The notes under the pieces are model-generated. The model saw nothing but the letters and a program-made list of their open reading frames with translations, was not told the DNA's origin and ran no database searches. A stretch of 64,000 nt of DNA, taken from the IMG/VR virus record IMGVR_UViG_3300014913_000007, positions 32,001-96,000 of that record. The stretch is one strand, 5' to 3'. A program made the translations under genes and the position numbers. Below, one piece after another: positions 40,411-49,214 of this stretch. The first letter of the stretch is position 1, and each line of letters begins with the position of its first letter. The DNA comes from a virus.

Positions 40411-43026
40411 TTAATCACACTTACTATCTACTTGTCCTGTATCTAAATTTATAATCTTAACACATCCATCTTCCATACGTACTTCTATATTGTCTCCGTA
40501 CTTCTGCTTGTATTGTTCCTGTAAGTCCTCAATCTTTATATACTTTTTAAGTATTCTAGATAATCCAGAACCAAACTCAGTAATATTCTTTGAGGATTTT
40601 TTAAGCTGTTCACATACATATTCTAAAGGAGCACCATGTCTTAGTGACATTGATATCAGCCTAGTAGAAGCTTCGTAGTCTTTATTATCAAAATACTCTA
40701 TTATATCTATCTCCCTAAACTCTAGAGCCTCCTCATCCAGGAAGCATAAAAAGTATTTGCCCTTGTTTCTTCTCTCTACATAGCCTGAAAAATGTTTGTT
40801 AGGAATTTTATTATGATGTTCCCCAAAGAACACTTCATATACGGATCCATTGAGTAAACCTACCATAACTACGTAATCTTTACCCTTAATCTTTGTAAAA
40901 TGTACTTCACAGGGCAGTTTCTTAGGTCTTTTAGGTGCTTCAGCTCTTTCTATGCTCTTAAGTTCTTCTCTCTTCTCTACTGTATCTGTAACTAATACAC
41001 CAGATCTACATCCATCTCTATAAATTGTTACACCTTTCAGCCCCTTCTCCCAGGCATACATATACAGCTTCTTCACAGTCTCTACATTAGTTTCGGCTGG
41101 TAAGTTAATAGTTGAACTTAAGCTGTGATCTACATACTCTGTAAGCACTGCCTGGAAGTCTATTCTCTTCTTCCAATCTAGTTTATCAGATGTTATGAAG
41201 TAATCTGGTAGTAGTTTGTTTAATTCTACATCATTTTTTATATTCTTAGGTAGTTCTTTACCTACGGAATTGAAGTATCTCTCTATGTTCTTTTCAAATA
41301 CTGGAAAATCTGTGTATTTATCTCCACTTTGATCCACAAAGTCCACTCTAGCACCTGGCTCATTGTTATTAATCTTCCTTCTTCTAGTGTACATGTGTCT
41401 AAAAGTAGGCTCTATACCTGAGGAACACTCACCTAACATGGAAATTGTACCTGTAGGTGCATTGGTAAGGATAGAAATATTCCTCCTACCATATCTCTTC
41501 ATCTTCTCTAGTAAATCCTCTGGGAAGGTGTTAAAGAATTCACAATCCTTCTCTACCTCCCAGTCCCAAACTTTAAAAGATCCGTACATCTTAGCTAACT
41601 CTACTGACTCATCATATGCACAGTCTCTGTAACACTTCTTAATATTCTTTGCTAATTCAATTGACTTCTTGCTTCCGTACTTTATACACAGCTGTGAAAA
41701 CATATCTCCCCAACCGTGGTCTCCTAATCCTATTCGTCTACCTTCTTCTCCCTTTTTTAATACGTTGTTCCATAGATCTATTTCGAGTTGGTATTCTACT
41801 TTCTTGTCTTCATCTGCTTCTTTCTGTTCTTTCATAAGTTTGTCTAATATTCTCTGTATTTGTAAGTTTTCTGCACGTACCAGTGCTTCTCCCATTGCTA
41901 CTGTAATTCTTATAGCTTTTTCAAATTTATCGAAGTTAAATGAAGCTTCTTTAGTAAAGGGTTTATCTACAAAGTTAAGTAGTCTTATACTTATTAACCT
42001 ACATGCATCATAAGCTGACAAGCTTATTTCACTACATGGATTCGTGCTAACTACCTCATATCCTTCATAAAAGTGTGCAGGGAGGGTCTTGGTAATAGTA
42101 TCTCTATTTAATATTCCAGGCTCTGCCATCTCCCAAGCTGAGGTACATACAGTATCCCATAGCTCCTTAGCCCTTACCTTTTTAGAAAACGTAGGTTCAT
42201 TAGAATCTATTGGAAACCTCAACTCAAAATCAGTATCTTTCTTGACCGCAGTCATGAACTCGTCTGTTATCCATAAGGATATGTTGGCTCCAGTACAGTA
42301 TGTAAGGTCTTTCTTCATTGTTGCCCACTTCTCGGAATCTGGATGCTTTATGTTTAATGTGAGCATAGTTGCTGCCCTTCGTCCTCCTTGTCCAACATCC
42401 CTTCCAGTATTACTAAAGTGATTTGACCAACCTATGGCTCCAGTGGAGGTTCTAGCAGCGTTGTTCACTTCAGCACCTGAAGGTCTAAGGGTGGATAGGT
42501 CTACACCTGTTCCTCCTCTACGCTTGAAAATGTGTGCCATATTCTCACTAGTTCTCATTATTCCTGCCATAGTGTCAGATGGAGCTGGAACCACAAAGCA
42601 ATTAGATAAGCTCTGTAGTTTATTAAGATCCCCAGCTGCTGCTAGTACTGAACCTTGTGGACACACTTCTTCGAAATCATTGCAAGCATCAAAAAAGATT
42701 TCAAACCAGGTGTAAGTCTTATCTGATCTACTGGGATCATACTCCTCTTTGAACACTCTTTTTAACCATTCCTCAGGAGGACAGTTTAATTCTGCAGTAG
42801 GTTGACCTGCTTCATCAAAGAAAGCACCTATAGTTTTATCCTCAGGCATTGCATCTGCTAGCACTCTCATCACCCTTATTATTGTCTCTGCCGGTGATAG
42901 TTCCAATAGGTTACCATCCTTATCTCTCAACGCATATTTATTTAAGTAAGTTGTTGCTGCGAGTTCGTTACCGTTAAAGAACTTTATTGCATTTTTTAAA
43001 GCTATCTGTTCATTGGACTTAGACAT
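40411..43026 (-). CDS. nrdJ: class II (B12-dependent) ribonucleotide reductase
   Basis: SLSNC, TNPCSEI, APTGTIS..SSGIEP, KGVTIYRDG, C-terminal RP..L domain. Confidence 0.9.
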   Translation of the reverse strand: MSKSNEQIALKNAIKFFNGNELAATTYLNKYALRDKDGNLLELSPAETIIRVMRVLADAMPEDKTIGAFFDEAGQPTAELNCPPEEWLKRVFKEEYDPSRSDKTYTWFEIFFDACNDFEEVCPQGSVLAAAGDLNKLQSLSNCFVVPAPSDTMAGIMRTSENMAHIFKRRGGTGVDLSTLRPSGAEVNNAARTSTGAIGWSNHFSNTGRDVGQGGRRAATMLTLNIKHPDSEKWATMKKDLTYCTGANISLWITDEFMTAVKKDTDFELRFPIDSNEPTFSKKVRAKELWDTVCTSAWEMAEPGILNRDTITKTLPAHFYEGYEVVSTNPCSEISLSAYDACRLISIRLLNFVDKPFTKEASFNFDKFEKAIRITVAMGEALVRAENLQIQRILDKLMKEQKEADEDKKVEYQLEIDLWNNVLKKGEEGRRIGLGDHGWGDMFSQLCIKYGSKKSIELAKNIKKCYRDCAYDESVELAKMYGSFKVWDWEVEKDCEFFNTFPEDLLEKMKRYGRRNISILTNAPTGTISMLGECSSGIEPTFRHMYTRRRKINNNEPGARVDFVDQSGDKYTDFPVFEKNIERYFNSVGKELPKNIKNDVELNKLLPDYFITSDKLDWKKRIDFQAVLTEYVDHSLSSTINLPAETNVETVKKLYMYAWEKGLKGVTIYRDGCRSGVLVTDTVEKREELKSIERAEAPKRPKKLPCEVHFTKIKGKDYVVMVGLLNGSVYEVFFGEHHNKIPNKHFSGYVERRNKGKYFLCFLDEEALEFREIDIIEYFDNKDYEASTRLISMSLRHGAPLEYVCEQLKKSSKNITEFGSGLSRILKKYIKIEDLQEQYKQKYGDNIEVRMEDGCVKIINLDTGQVDSKCD

Positions 43027-43325
43027 TTAAAAACTATTCCTTAGGTTAGTACTATTAAATTTTAAAATGATTAGCAATATGGATATGGTGGAGTCTGATT
43101 GAAGTATATATATGTGATTTTTCCTTTCCTGCAACTTTGAATCTCCTGCCCTTTATTAACTGCCTACAATAGACTATAGTATACTCTTAAAAAGATGTCT
43201 AGTGTACCACAGTAAATAATAAGGAAGATTTTTTATGTTAGGGATAATACTAAAGTAAAAAAAAACGCCATTGATACAAACAATGACGTAATTATACTAC
43301 TTATAAGTTTTAATACCTATATCTG

Positions 43326-43622
43326 TTACTTTTCGTATATGTGATAGCCTCTTACTTTATATCTACCCTTCTCTACAATAACTGAATCTAAGTAAGTCAA
43401 AGAAGCTGGTTCTCCAGCAGCAAAGTCTTCATCATCCCTGATTACTCTGAATTCTTTAGTAACGTCCTGGTTTGAAGTGTCTACTTCTGCCCATACGAAA
43501 AATCCAAAACTTCCTCCAGCCCCAGTTTCCTCTGCTTCTACTTTTAGTAGAGTAGCTCCACTAGGTACTACCATTTCAGTATCTGCATCATAGTCTAGAT
43601 AATATTTCCTAACTGTTTTCAT
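43326..43622 (-). CDS. hypothetical phage protein
   Basis: AGGAG RBS. Confidence 0.65.
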   Translation of the reverse strand: MKTVRKYYLDYDADTEMVVPSGATLLKVEAEETGAGGSFGFFVWAEVDTSNQDVTKEFRVIRDDEDFAAGEPASLTYLDSVIVEKGRYKVRGYHIYEK

Positions 43623-43688
43623 AATAAACTCCTAAAATTGTTAAATATATACTTAATATAGTATATATTAAAAAAATTAAAAAAGTTC

Positions 43689-43717
43689 TTGACTTTAATA
43701 TTTCAATGTACTATAGT
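43689..43717 (+). promoter_or_regulatory. promoter of tRNA array A
   Basis: TTGACT-N17-TATAGT. Confidence 0.75.
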
Positions 43718-43726
43718 AAATATGTT

Positions 43727-43773
43727 GCAGGTAATAAATATAGGGATACTCCTATAATTAGCCTGCTTTTTTT
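43727..43773 (+). terminator. promoter-proximal intrinsic terminator / attenuator hairpin
   Basis: GCAGGTAAT..TATAGG/CCTATA..ATTAGCCTGC followed by T7. Confidence 0.65.
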
Positions 43774-43783
43774 ATGAGTTAAT

Positions 43784-43903
43784 ATGATGGAAAAGAAACT
43801 TCAAATACATACAAATATCAATTCTAATATTATGGTGCCGTTCATGGTACCCATGTTTATTGCCCCTGCGGGGCAAGTACAACCAGTGCCATTTTGGTGC
43901 TAA
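43784..43903 (+). CDS. leader peptide A (MMEKKLQIHTNINSNIMVPFMVPMFIAPAGQVQPVPFWC)
   Basis: 39-codon ORF just upstream of array A; 30/39 residues match the array's tRNA specificities. Confidence 0.75.
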   Translation: MMEKKLQIHTNINSNIMVPFMVPMFIAPAGQVQPVPFWC

Positions 43904-43950
43904 TAAATTATTAATCAAACAATTTAGTTCGGGTAGAAGAAAGCAAATTT

Positions 43951-44025
43951 GGCGGGAAGGACGTTGGCTTCCAGTAGTGTCTCATAAGCATTATTACGCT
44001 GGTTCAATTCCAGCTTCCGCAACCA
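43951..44025 (+). tRNA. tRNA-Met(CAT), 1:72 mismatch (fMet/Ile2 identity uncertain)
   Basis: anticodon loop CTCATAA, TTCAATT T-loop, CCA. Confidence 0.75.
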
Positions 44026-44110
44026 TTTTATTAACTTAAATTCCTAGGATTACCATTTTCAGTGATTAGCTTGCAACACTTTGATCTTTAAGTGGTAGTC
44101 CTACTTTTCT

Positions 44111-44185
44111 GCTCCGGTAGCTTAACTGGTAAGAGCGTTCGGTTGAAGCCCGAAAGATGGAGATCGACACCTCTCTGGAGCACCA
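44111..44185 (+). tRNA. tRNA-Phe(GAA)
   Basis: cloverleaf, loop TTGAAGC, CCA. Confidence 0.85.
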
Positions 44186-44186
44186 T

Positions 44187-44258
44187 ACACTTCTAGTCTT
44201 GGGACAAAGGAAGCCTCCAAAACTTCTAAGCAGAGTTCGAATCTTTGGGAGTGTGCCA
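44187..44258 (+). tRNA. tRNA-Trp(CCA)
   Basis: loop CTCCAAA, TTCGAAT, G73 plus CCA; short D arm. Confidence 0.8.
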
Positions 44259-44259
44259 T

Positions 44260-44333
44260 GCTAGATTAGTTTAATGGTAGAACAGGAGTTTTACATGCTC
44301 TTAGCGGTGGTTCGATTCCATCATCTAGTACCA
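44260..44333 (+). tRNA. tRNA-Val(TAC)
   Basis: cloverleaf, loop TTTACAT, CCA. Confidence 0.9.
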
Positions 44334-44348
44334 TATTTTTATTTTTAT

Positions 44349-44420
44349 TCCGGTGTAACTCAGTGGTAGAGTGGTCGTCTGTTAAACGACTTGTCTGTAG
44401 TTCGATCCTACACACCGGAG
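44349..44420 (+). tRNA. tRNA-Asn(GTT)
   Basis: loop CTGTTAA; no encoded CCA. Confidence 0.9.
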
Positions 44421-44427
44421 CTTTTAT

Positions 44428-44503
44428 TGTATCTTAGCTTAATTGGCAAAGCGTGGAACTGTTAATTCCAAAGATTTAGGTTCGAACCCTAAAGATACAG
44501 CCA
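44428..44503 (+). tRNA. tRNA-Asn(GTT)
   Basis: loop CTGTTAA, CCA. Confidence 0.9.
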
Positions 44504-44504
44504 T

Positions 44505-44582
44505 CTGGATGTAGCTCAGCCTGGTCAGAGTGCTCGTTTTGGATACGAGTTGTCGGGGATTCGAATTCCTCCATCCAGACCA
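44505..44582 (+). tRNA. tRNA-Pro(TGG)
   Basis: loop TTTGGAT, C1-G72, CCA. Confidence 0.9.
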
Positions 44583-44592
44583 TTTTTTTTAC

Positions 44593-44668
44593 CTGGCATT
44601 GGTGTTTAACAGTAGCATGGTGGCTTTGGGAGCCAGCGGAGAAAGTGCAAATCTTTCATGCCAGACCA
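44593..44668 (+). tRNA. tRNA-Pro(TGG)
   Basis: loop TTTGGGA, CCA. Confidence 0.85.
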
Positions 44669-44724
44669 CTTTTTTAGAACAGTCATTCTTTACATTAAAA
44701 GCTATATAATATATACTATACTTA

Positions 44725-45174
44725 ATGGATACCAAGTACTGTGATAAATGTAAGAACGACCTGCCAGTTGATACTTTCCAAAGACGTGGGAAAAACGGAT
44801 TACAGCCTTGGTGTAAGAACTGTCAAAAAGAGTATGATAGACAACGTTACATAGATAATAAAGAATACATCTGTAAGCAAAATAAAGACGGTAGAGAGCG
44901 TAGAAGAGAAAGAAGTAGAAACGAAGTAACAAGCTATCTATTAGAGCATCCTTGTGTTGATTGCGGTGAGAAAGATATAATAGTACTCAGCTTTGATCAT
45001 GTTAGAGGAGAAAAGGAATTTAACATATCAGATGCGATTAAGGATGGTATGAAGTGGGAGAGGATAGCGAAAGAAATAAAGAAGTGTAAAGTTAGATGCT
45101 TCAACTGTCACATGAGAAAGACTGCAAAACAGCAGGGCTGGTTCAAATACAACAAATCAAATAAGAAAAAATAA
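44725..45174 (+). CDS. HNH endonuclease inside tRNA array A
   Basis: CVDCG..FDHV..RCFNCH; N-terminal CxxC pairs. Confidence 0.85.
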   Translation: MDTKYCDKCKNDLPVDTFQRRGKNGLQPWCKNCQKEYDRQRYIDNKEYICKQNKDGRERRRERSRNEVTSYLLEHPCVDCGEKDIIVLSFDHVRGEKEFNISDAIKDGMKWERIAKEIKKCKVRCFNCHMRKTAKQQGWFKYNKSNKKK

Positions 45175-45187
45175 CAAACAAAATTTA

Positions 45188-45261
45188 GGGGATATAGTTT
45201 AAATGGGAAACGCCAGCCTTGCAAGCTGAGGTTCTGGGTTCGATTCCCAGTTTCTCCACCA
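45188..45261 (+). tRNA. tRNA-Ala(TGC)
   Basis: G3:U70, loop CTTGCAA, CCA. Confidence 0.9.
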
Positions 45262-45269
45262 ATTTTTAA

Positions 45270-45344
45270 CCGGGGTTAGTGAAGCGGTTATCACCTCAGA
45301 CTTTGAATCTGAGATCGAGAGTTCGAATCTCTCACCCCGATCCA
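45270..45344 (+). tRNA. tRNA-Gln(TTG)
   Basis: loop CTTTGAA, CCA. Confidence 0.9.
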
Positions 45345-45345
45345 C

Positions 45346-45438
45346 TTTGGCCGATCCTGTACACCACTTATAAACTGACATATGTGACGGTAATCGCTAT
45401 TCATTTGGCGATCTTTTGGCCGATCTTTTGGCCGATCT
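45346..45438. repeat. TTTGGCCGATC(T) repeats, 4 copies (3 tandem)
   Basis: copies at 45346, 45404 (1-nt deletion), 45415, 45427. Confidence 0.8.
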
Positions 45439-45442
45439 TTAC

Positions 45443-45518
45443 GGGGGAGTAACTCAGGGGTAAGAGTGCCAGTCTGATATACTGGTGGTCGAAGGTTCAA
45501 CTCCTTCCTCCCCTACCA
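45443..45518 (+). tRNA. tRNA-Ile(GAT)
   Basis: loop CTGATAT, CCA. Confidence 0.9.
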
Positions 45519-45559
45519 TTTTCAATTGACTTACATTTATATGTAGGTTATACTTAACT

Positions 45560-45724
45560 AGGAAACACCAGTTAGAAGTTACTAGAAGCTTGGTGGTGTA
45601 CTTCTCTGGCATAGATCTATAGTAATTCTAGTTGAGCAAAATGTACGAAGCATTCACTATAGGTACCAGAGTTAGTGGTTTAGGGGGTGTTTAATGAGGC
45701 GAAGCCCTCCGACTGGTGTTTCTT
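45560..45724 (+). ncRNA. candidate ~165-nt structured RNA (6S-like rod)
   Basis: TTGACT-N17-TATACT at 45526-45554; 14-bp terminal stem; inner stem; U-tract. Confidence 0.55.
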
Positions 45725-45796
45725 TTTTCTTTCTTCAAGAAATCAAAAAGAAAAAAATAACAAAACAAAATTTAGGAATTATAATTTGATAGCTAT

Positions 45797-46348
45797 TTAG
45801 GTAAGAATACTTAAATCGTTGACGAAACACGACCAATTTTTGGCTTTTTGATGATACCCTAAAGGTAATTTAATGGGTAATTCATAGTAAAAATCATTGG
45901 TTACCTTATCTTGGTTTGGGAAGAAATCCATTCCTGTTTGATCTTTACCTATAAAATAACTTCTAGCTTCCTTTAAGGATATAGCTTTATCAAACAACAC
46001 CCAAACATGGTACCTATCTGGTGCTCCGCTTTTTTCTATAAGTATATTACTATGTATCTGTTTAGCCCAGAAAAATGCTTTAACTAAGTACTCCTCTCTT
46101 ATATCATCTACATCAAAACATAGGAACTTAACTGTCTGTGTTGAAAGTTCAGTTGGAAAGACACCCAAGGTTATCTTCCCTGCTAGATGTTTCTCGATTA
46201 ATTCTTTAGTAAGTGGAGCATATACTCTTTCATAGTAGTTCTCCCTTAATCTCCCAGAAGCATCCCTCTGCCAAGGATGCGGAGTCATTAAACAATAGGC
46301 ATCTTTTCTATGACAAAAAGTGTTATATAAGAAATCTACTTTACTCAT
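45797..46348 (-). CDS. stand-alone archaeo-eukaryotic primase domain (TOTE-associated type)
   Basis: HLAGKITLGVFP, FDVDD, EKSG..YHVW, FPNQD, IKLPLG. Confidence 0.75.
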   Translation of the reverse strand: MSKVDFLYNTFCHRKDAYCLMTPHPWQRDASGRLRENYYERVYAPLTKELIEKHLAGKITLGVFPTELSTQTVKFLCFDVDDIREEYLVKAFFWAKQIHSNILIEKSGAPDRYHVWVLFDKAISLKEARSYFIGKDQTGMDFFPNQDKVTNDFYYELPIKLPLGYHQKAKNWSCFVNDLSILT

Positions 46349-46658
46349 CTTCTATTTTATGTACACATCTAACACTATTCTCTGTATCTTCCTGTAAGGC
46401 AGTTCTATCCCCAATCATTAAGTCTCGATTTCCATTTATTACTCCTGTGGACAAAAGATATAGCCATTTATATCTTGTCAAATCTTCCACTTCTTTAGAG
46501 TATCTAACCACTGACTGCCAAGAAGTCCTAGGCCAGTCTGCTACCTTTGGAGCAAGTCCTAAAGTTTTTACTTGAACATTCACTACTTGTCCAACACTGT
46601 AGTCTTGAGTATCAGTAGTATAGTCTTCTGTTGCATATGTAACATAAATTGCTTTCAT
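46341..46658 (-). CDS. hypothetical protein
   Basis: ORF in a minus-strand run. Confidence 0.55.
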   Translation of the reverse strand: MKAIYVTYATEDYTTDTQDYSVGQVVNVQVKTLGLAPKVADWPRTSWQSVVRYSKEVEDLTRYKWLYLLSTGVINGNRDLMIGDRTALQEDTENSVRCVHKIEDE

Positions 46659-46659
46659 G

Positions 46660-47671
46660 TTATATTCTCCATTTTATTAAGAAATTAAGTGCATAATCCG
46701 ATTTATTAAAAATATTTATCTGTGTAGTACTAGGTGGATCTGAGGTCTCCGTAGGAAAAGCAATCATAGTATTAAAACCCTTTTCATCCCATTGCCATCC
46801 TGCCCCACCTCGATAGATATTAACTACCTGCCCCGGTACTTGTCCAGTAATGCCATTATGAACTAGAGTATCAGGAAAGGTATAATTATAATTAGTTATC
46901 CCGCGCCATACTGCCTGAGTAACATTACGAACATTAAACTCATCCGGTGGTTCATGGAATTCAAAAATGTCGTTAGTTTGATGTGTTGCAGTTCCTGATA
47001 CCATCGTTGTATTTGCTTGCTTACTGTTGATATATGAAGTAATATAGCTCCAGGTATCTCTTGTTATATTATGAACTACAGCTCCTACAGGCAACTTACC
47101 TTGTATCACCGACCTAGTTAGGATACTTGTAAGACCTGTATTACCGTGGCTTAAACCAGTACCAACAATAAGTCCTAACTGATACCACACCTTCCCCTCA
47201 ACAACCATCTGAGTAGTTGAAGTACCAGCGGAGAGTGTTAAATCTAACTCCCCTTCATCAGCAAAATTTCTTTGTTGTATAACTTGAAAATCGGCAGTAT
47301 AAGCCGGAATCGATAGGTTGACAGTTTCCCATCTCTTACCCTCTACCACAACTATTGCCATATTATTATAAAATTTATTGTCTTCTATGTCAGTCTCAAG
47401 CATAGAGCTTGTTGAGGCCACCAATTCGTCTACATACAGTTTTAGTTGTGGCATCATTCTGCCCACTTGGAGTGGGTAAATTAATCAAAGATTGATTATT
47501 AAAATCCACTGGACTTTGTGGTTTATATAGGTACCAATCCTCTGCAGCTCCTCCAGAGGGTACAACTATTTCTGAATCAGAATACCTTCCAGCTACAGCT
47601 ATCAAGTCCTTCCCTACCTTAATTATACTTGATTCAGGTGTTACTTGTGGATCTACTTTATAATTTGACAT
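46660..47671 (-). pseudogene. MSNYKVDPQV-module virion protein split by a +1 frameshift
   Basis: 47396-47671 and 46660-47466 join as DATTK|LYVDELVAS, matching EAATKLYVDQLIAS in the 56241 paralog; extra base in the T4 run at 47440-47443. Confidence 0.75.
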
Positions 47672-47930
47672 TTACCACTCTTCTATGCTAAATTTTTCTC
47701 TAGATATACTTATAATATAGTACACAAAGTTAACATTCAACTTTTTAGTTAAGTATCTACAATATTATACTTTGTCAACTATCTAAAACACACACGGACT
47801 TACAAGTCCTCTGTTTCTACTTTATAAAAAAGGACCCGTAAGTGACTAATTACAGGTCCAAAGCCGTCACGACTAACATGTACGCATTGTACTACTTGAT
47901 ATATAGTACTTTTAATAGTATACTACAAAT

Positions 47931-48452
47931 ATGTTTAATTTCATAGAGATATTATTTATAATGTTATCAACAACCTACCAGGTTCCTGAAATCTTTGATT
48001 GCCATATAAATAAATATCAGATATTAAAACTCAGTAACGAAGTCACCTTTGATGTAAGTAACTTCCTAAAGTATGATAGATATGTACTCAAATCGTCTCA
48101 AATTCACTCTATAGACCCCGATTTAATCAGATCAATCATCATAGTGGAATCTAAATATAATCCAGCTGTAGGCTCTCACAGAGGGGCTAGCGGGTTGATG
48201 CAGCTCATGCCACTTACTGCCAAGTATTTAAACGTAACAGACAGGAAAGATCCTGAGCAATCAATTGAAGGTGGTACTAAGTATTTGAGGGAACTATTCA
48301 CCAGATTTGGTAATCTAGACCTTACCCTAGCAGCGTACAACGCAGGTCCTACAATAGTAGGAAAGTACAATAAGATTCCTCCAATTAAAGAAACTGGCAT
48401 ATATGTTAGGAAAGTCAAGTACTTATATAAACAATTATCTAAAAACAACTAA
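47931..48452 (+). CDS. SLT-family lytic transglycosylase
   Basis: VES, GASGLMQLMP, AAYNAG. Confidence 0.9.
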   Translation: MFNFIEILFIMLSTTYQVPEIFDCHINKYQILKLSNEVTFDVSNFLKYDRYVLKSSQIHSIDPDLIRSIIIVESKYNPAVGSHRGASGLMQLMPLTAKYLNVTDRKDPEQSIEGGTKYLRELFTRFGNLDLTLAAYNAGPTIVGKYNKIPPIKETGIYVRKVKYLYKQLSKNN

Positions 48453-48527
48453 TAACAATCTCTGAAAATGTACTATCTTATAATGTAGTATACTTGTATA
48501 AAAATATTTTTAAAGAGGTAATATATA

Positions 48528-48800
48528 ATGGCATTATTATTTGATGGAGTAGCAACGGATTTCGCAGCTGATGAAGCTAGTTTCGTAGAGGTTGCACATA
48601 ATATTGGACAATGTCCTGATAGCATTCAATTTTTAGGAGTTGAAGGTGAGGTAGAAGGTTTTCCTACACTACTAGATGGTGAAGGTGATGAAATTCCTGG
48701 CCCATACCTAACACAAACAAGAGATCCTAATGTAGTTAGAGTTCACAAACCTAACGCTTATACGTTCGCAGGTAAGTTTATTGTTCGTATTTACGGATAA
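48528..48800 (+). CDS. small putative virion protein
   Basis: GAGG RBS; TGTACTAT motif upstream. Confidence 0.6.
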   Translation: MALLFDGVATDFAADEASFVEVAHNIGQCPDSIQFLGVEGEVEGFPTLLDGEGDEIPGPYLTQTRDPNVVRVHKPNAYTFAGKFIVRIYG

Positions 48801-48851
48801 TTTATAATCTCTATAGCCTGGTTAATTAACTTTAACTGGGCTATTTTTACG

Positions 48852-49214
48852 TCATAAATCTATAAGTCTCAGCTCTCTATTCCTATAATAGATTTTAGCA
48901 GTACCTTCAACGAAGTCTTTTAATGTTCTTGAAAAGATAGTACACCCATAACAGTCTGCCAACCTGTCTTCGTAATCCACTAGAGCTAAGAAATTGTTAA
49001 CTCCTCCTAAGCTTTCCTCTGAAAACCCAAACTTTATTAAGTCTTTTCTTTCTAAAGATCTTCTATCTATATGTGCTCCATTATAGAATTCAGTACGTAG
49101 TATAGCTTTATACTTAGCACCTTCCTTAGTTTCCTTTATCCAAAAAGAATTACCAAAGAGCAGAATCTCTATGAATTTATCTCTAGTTACTCTTCTTATC
49201 TTATATCTACTCAT
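48852..49214 (-). CDS. hypothetical protein
   Basis: ORF. Confidence 0.55.
   Translation of the reverse strand: MSRYKIRRVTRDKFIEILLFGNSFWIKETKEGAKYKAILRTEFYNGAHIDRRSLERKDLIKFGFSEESLGGVNNFLALVDYEDRLADCYGCTIFSRTLKDFVEGTAKIYYRNRELRLIDL

Noticed and set aside
40490-42715. Plus-strand ORFs antisense to nrdJ, and similar shadows such as 5718, 6976, 34482 and 38900
   Set aside because: Antisense shadows of well-supported genes
44045-44103. Possible tRNA-Ala/Cys (CTTGCAA)
   Set aside because: It is a simple long hairpin without D or T arms
45199-45500. ORFs 45199-45381 and 45291-45500 (also 53727-53987, 53854-54081, 58463-58657)
   Set aside because: They overlap tRNA genes and are read-outs of tRNA sequence
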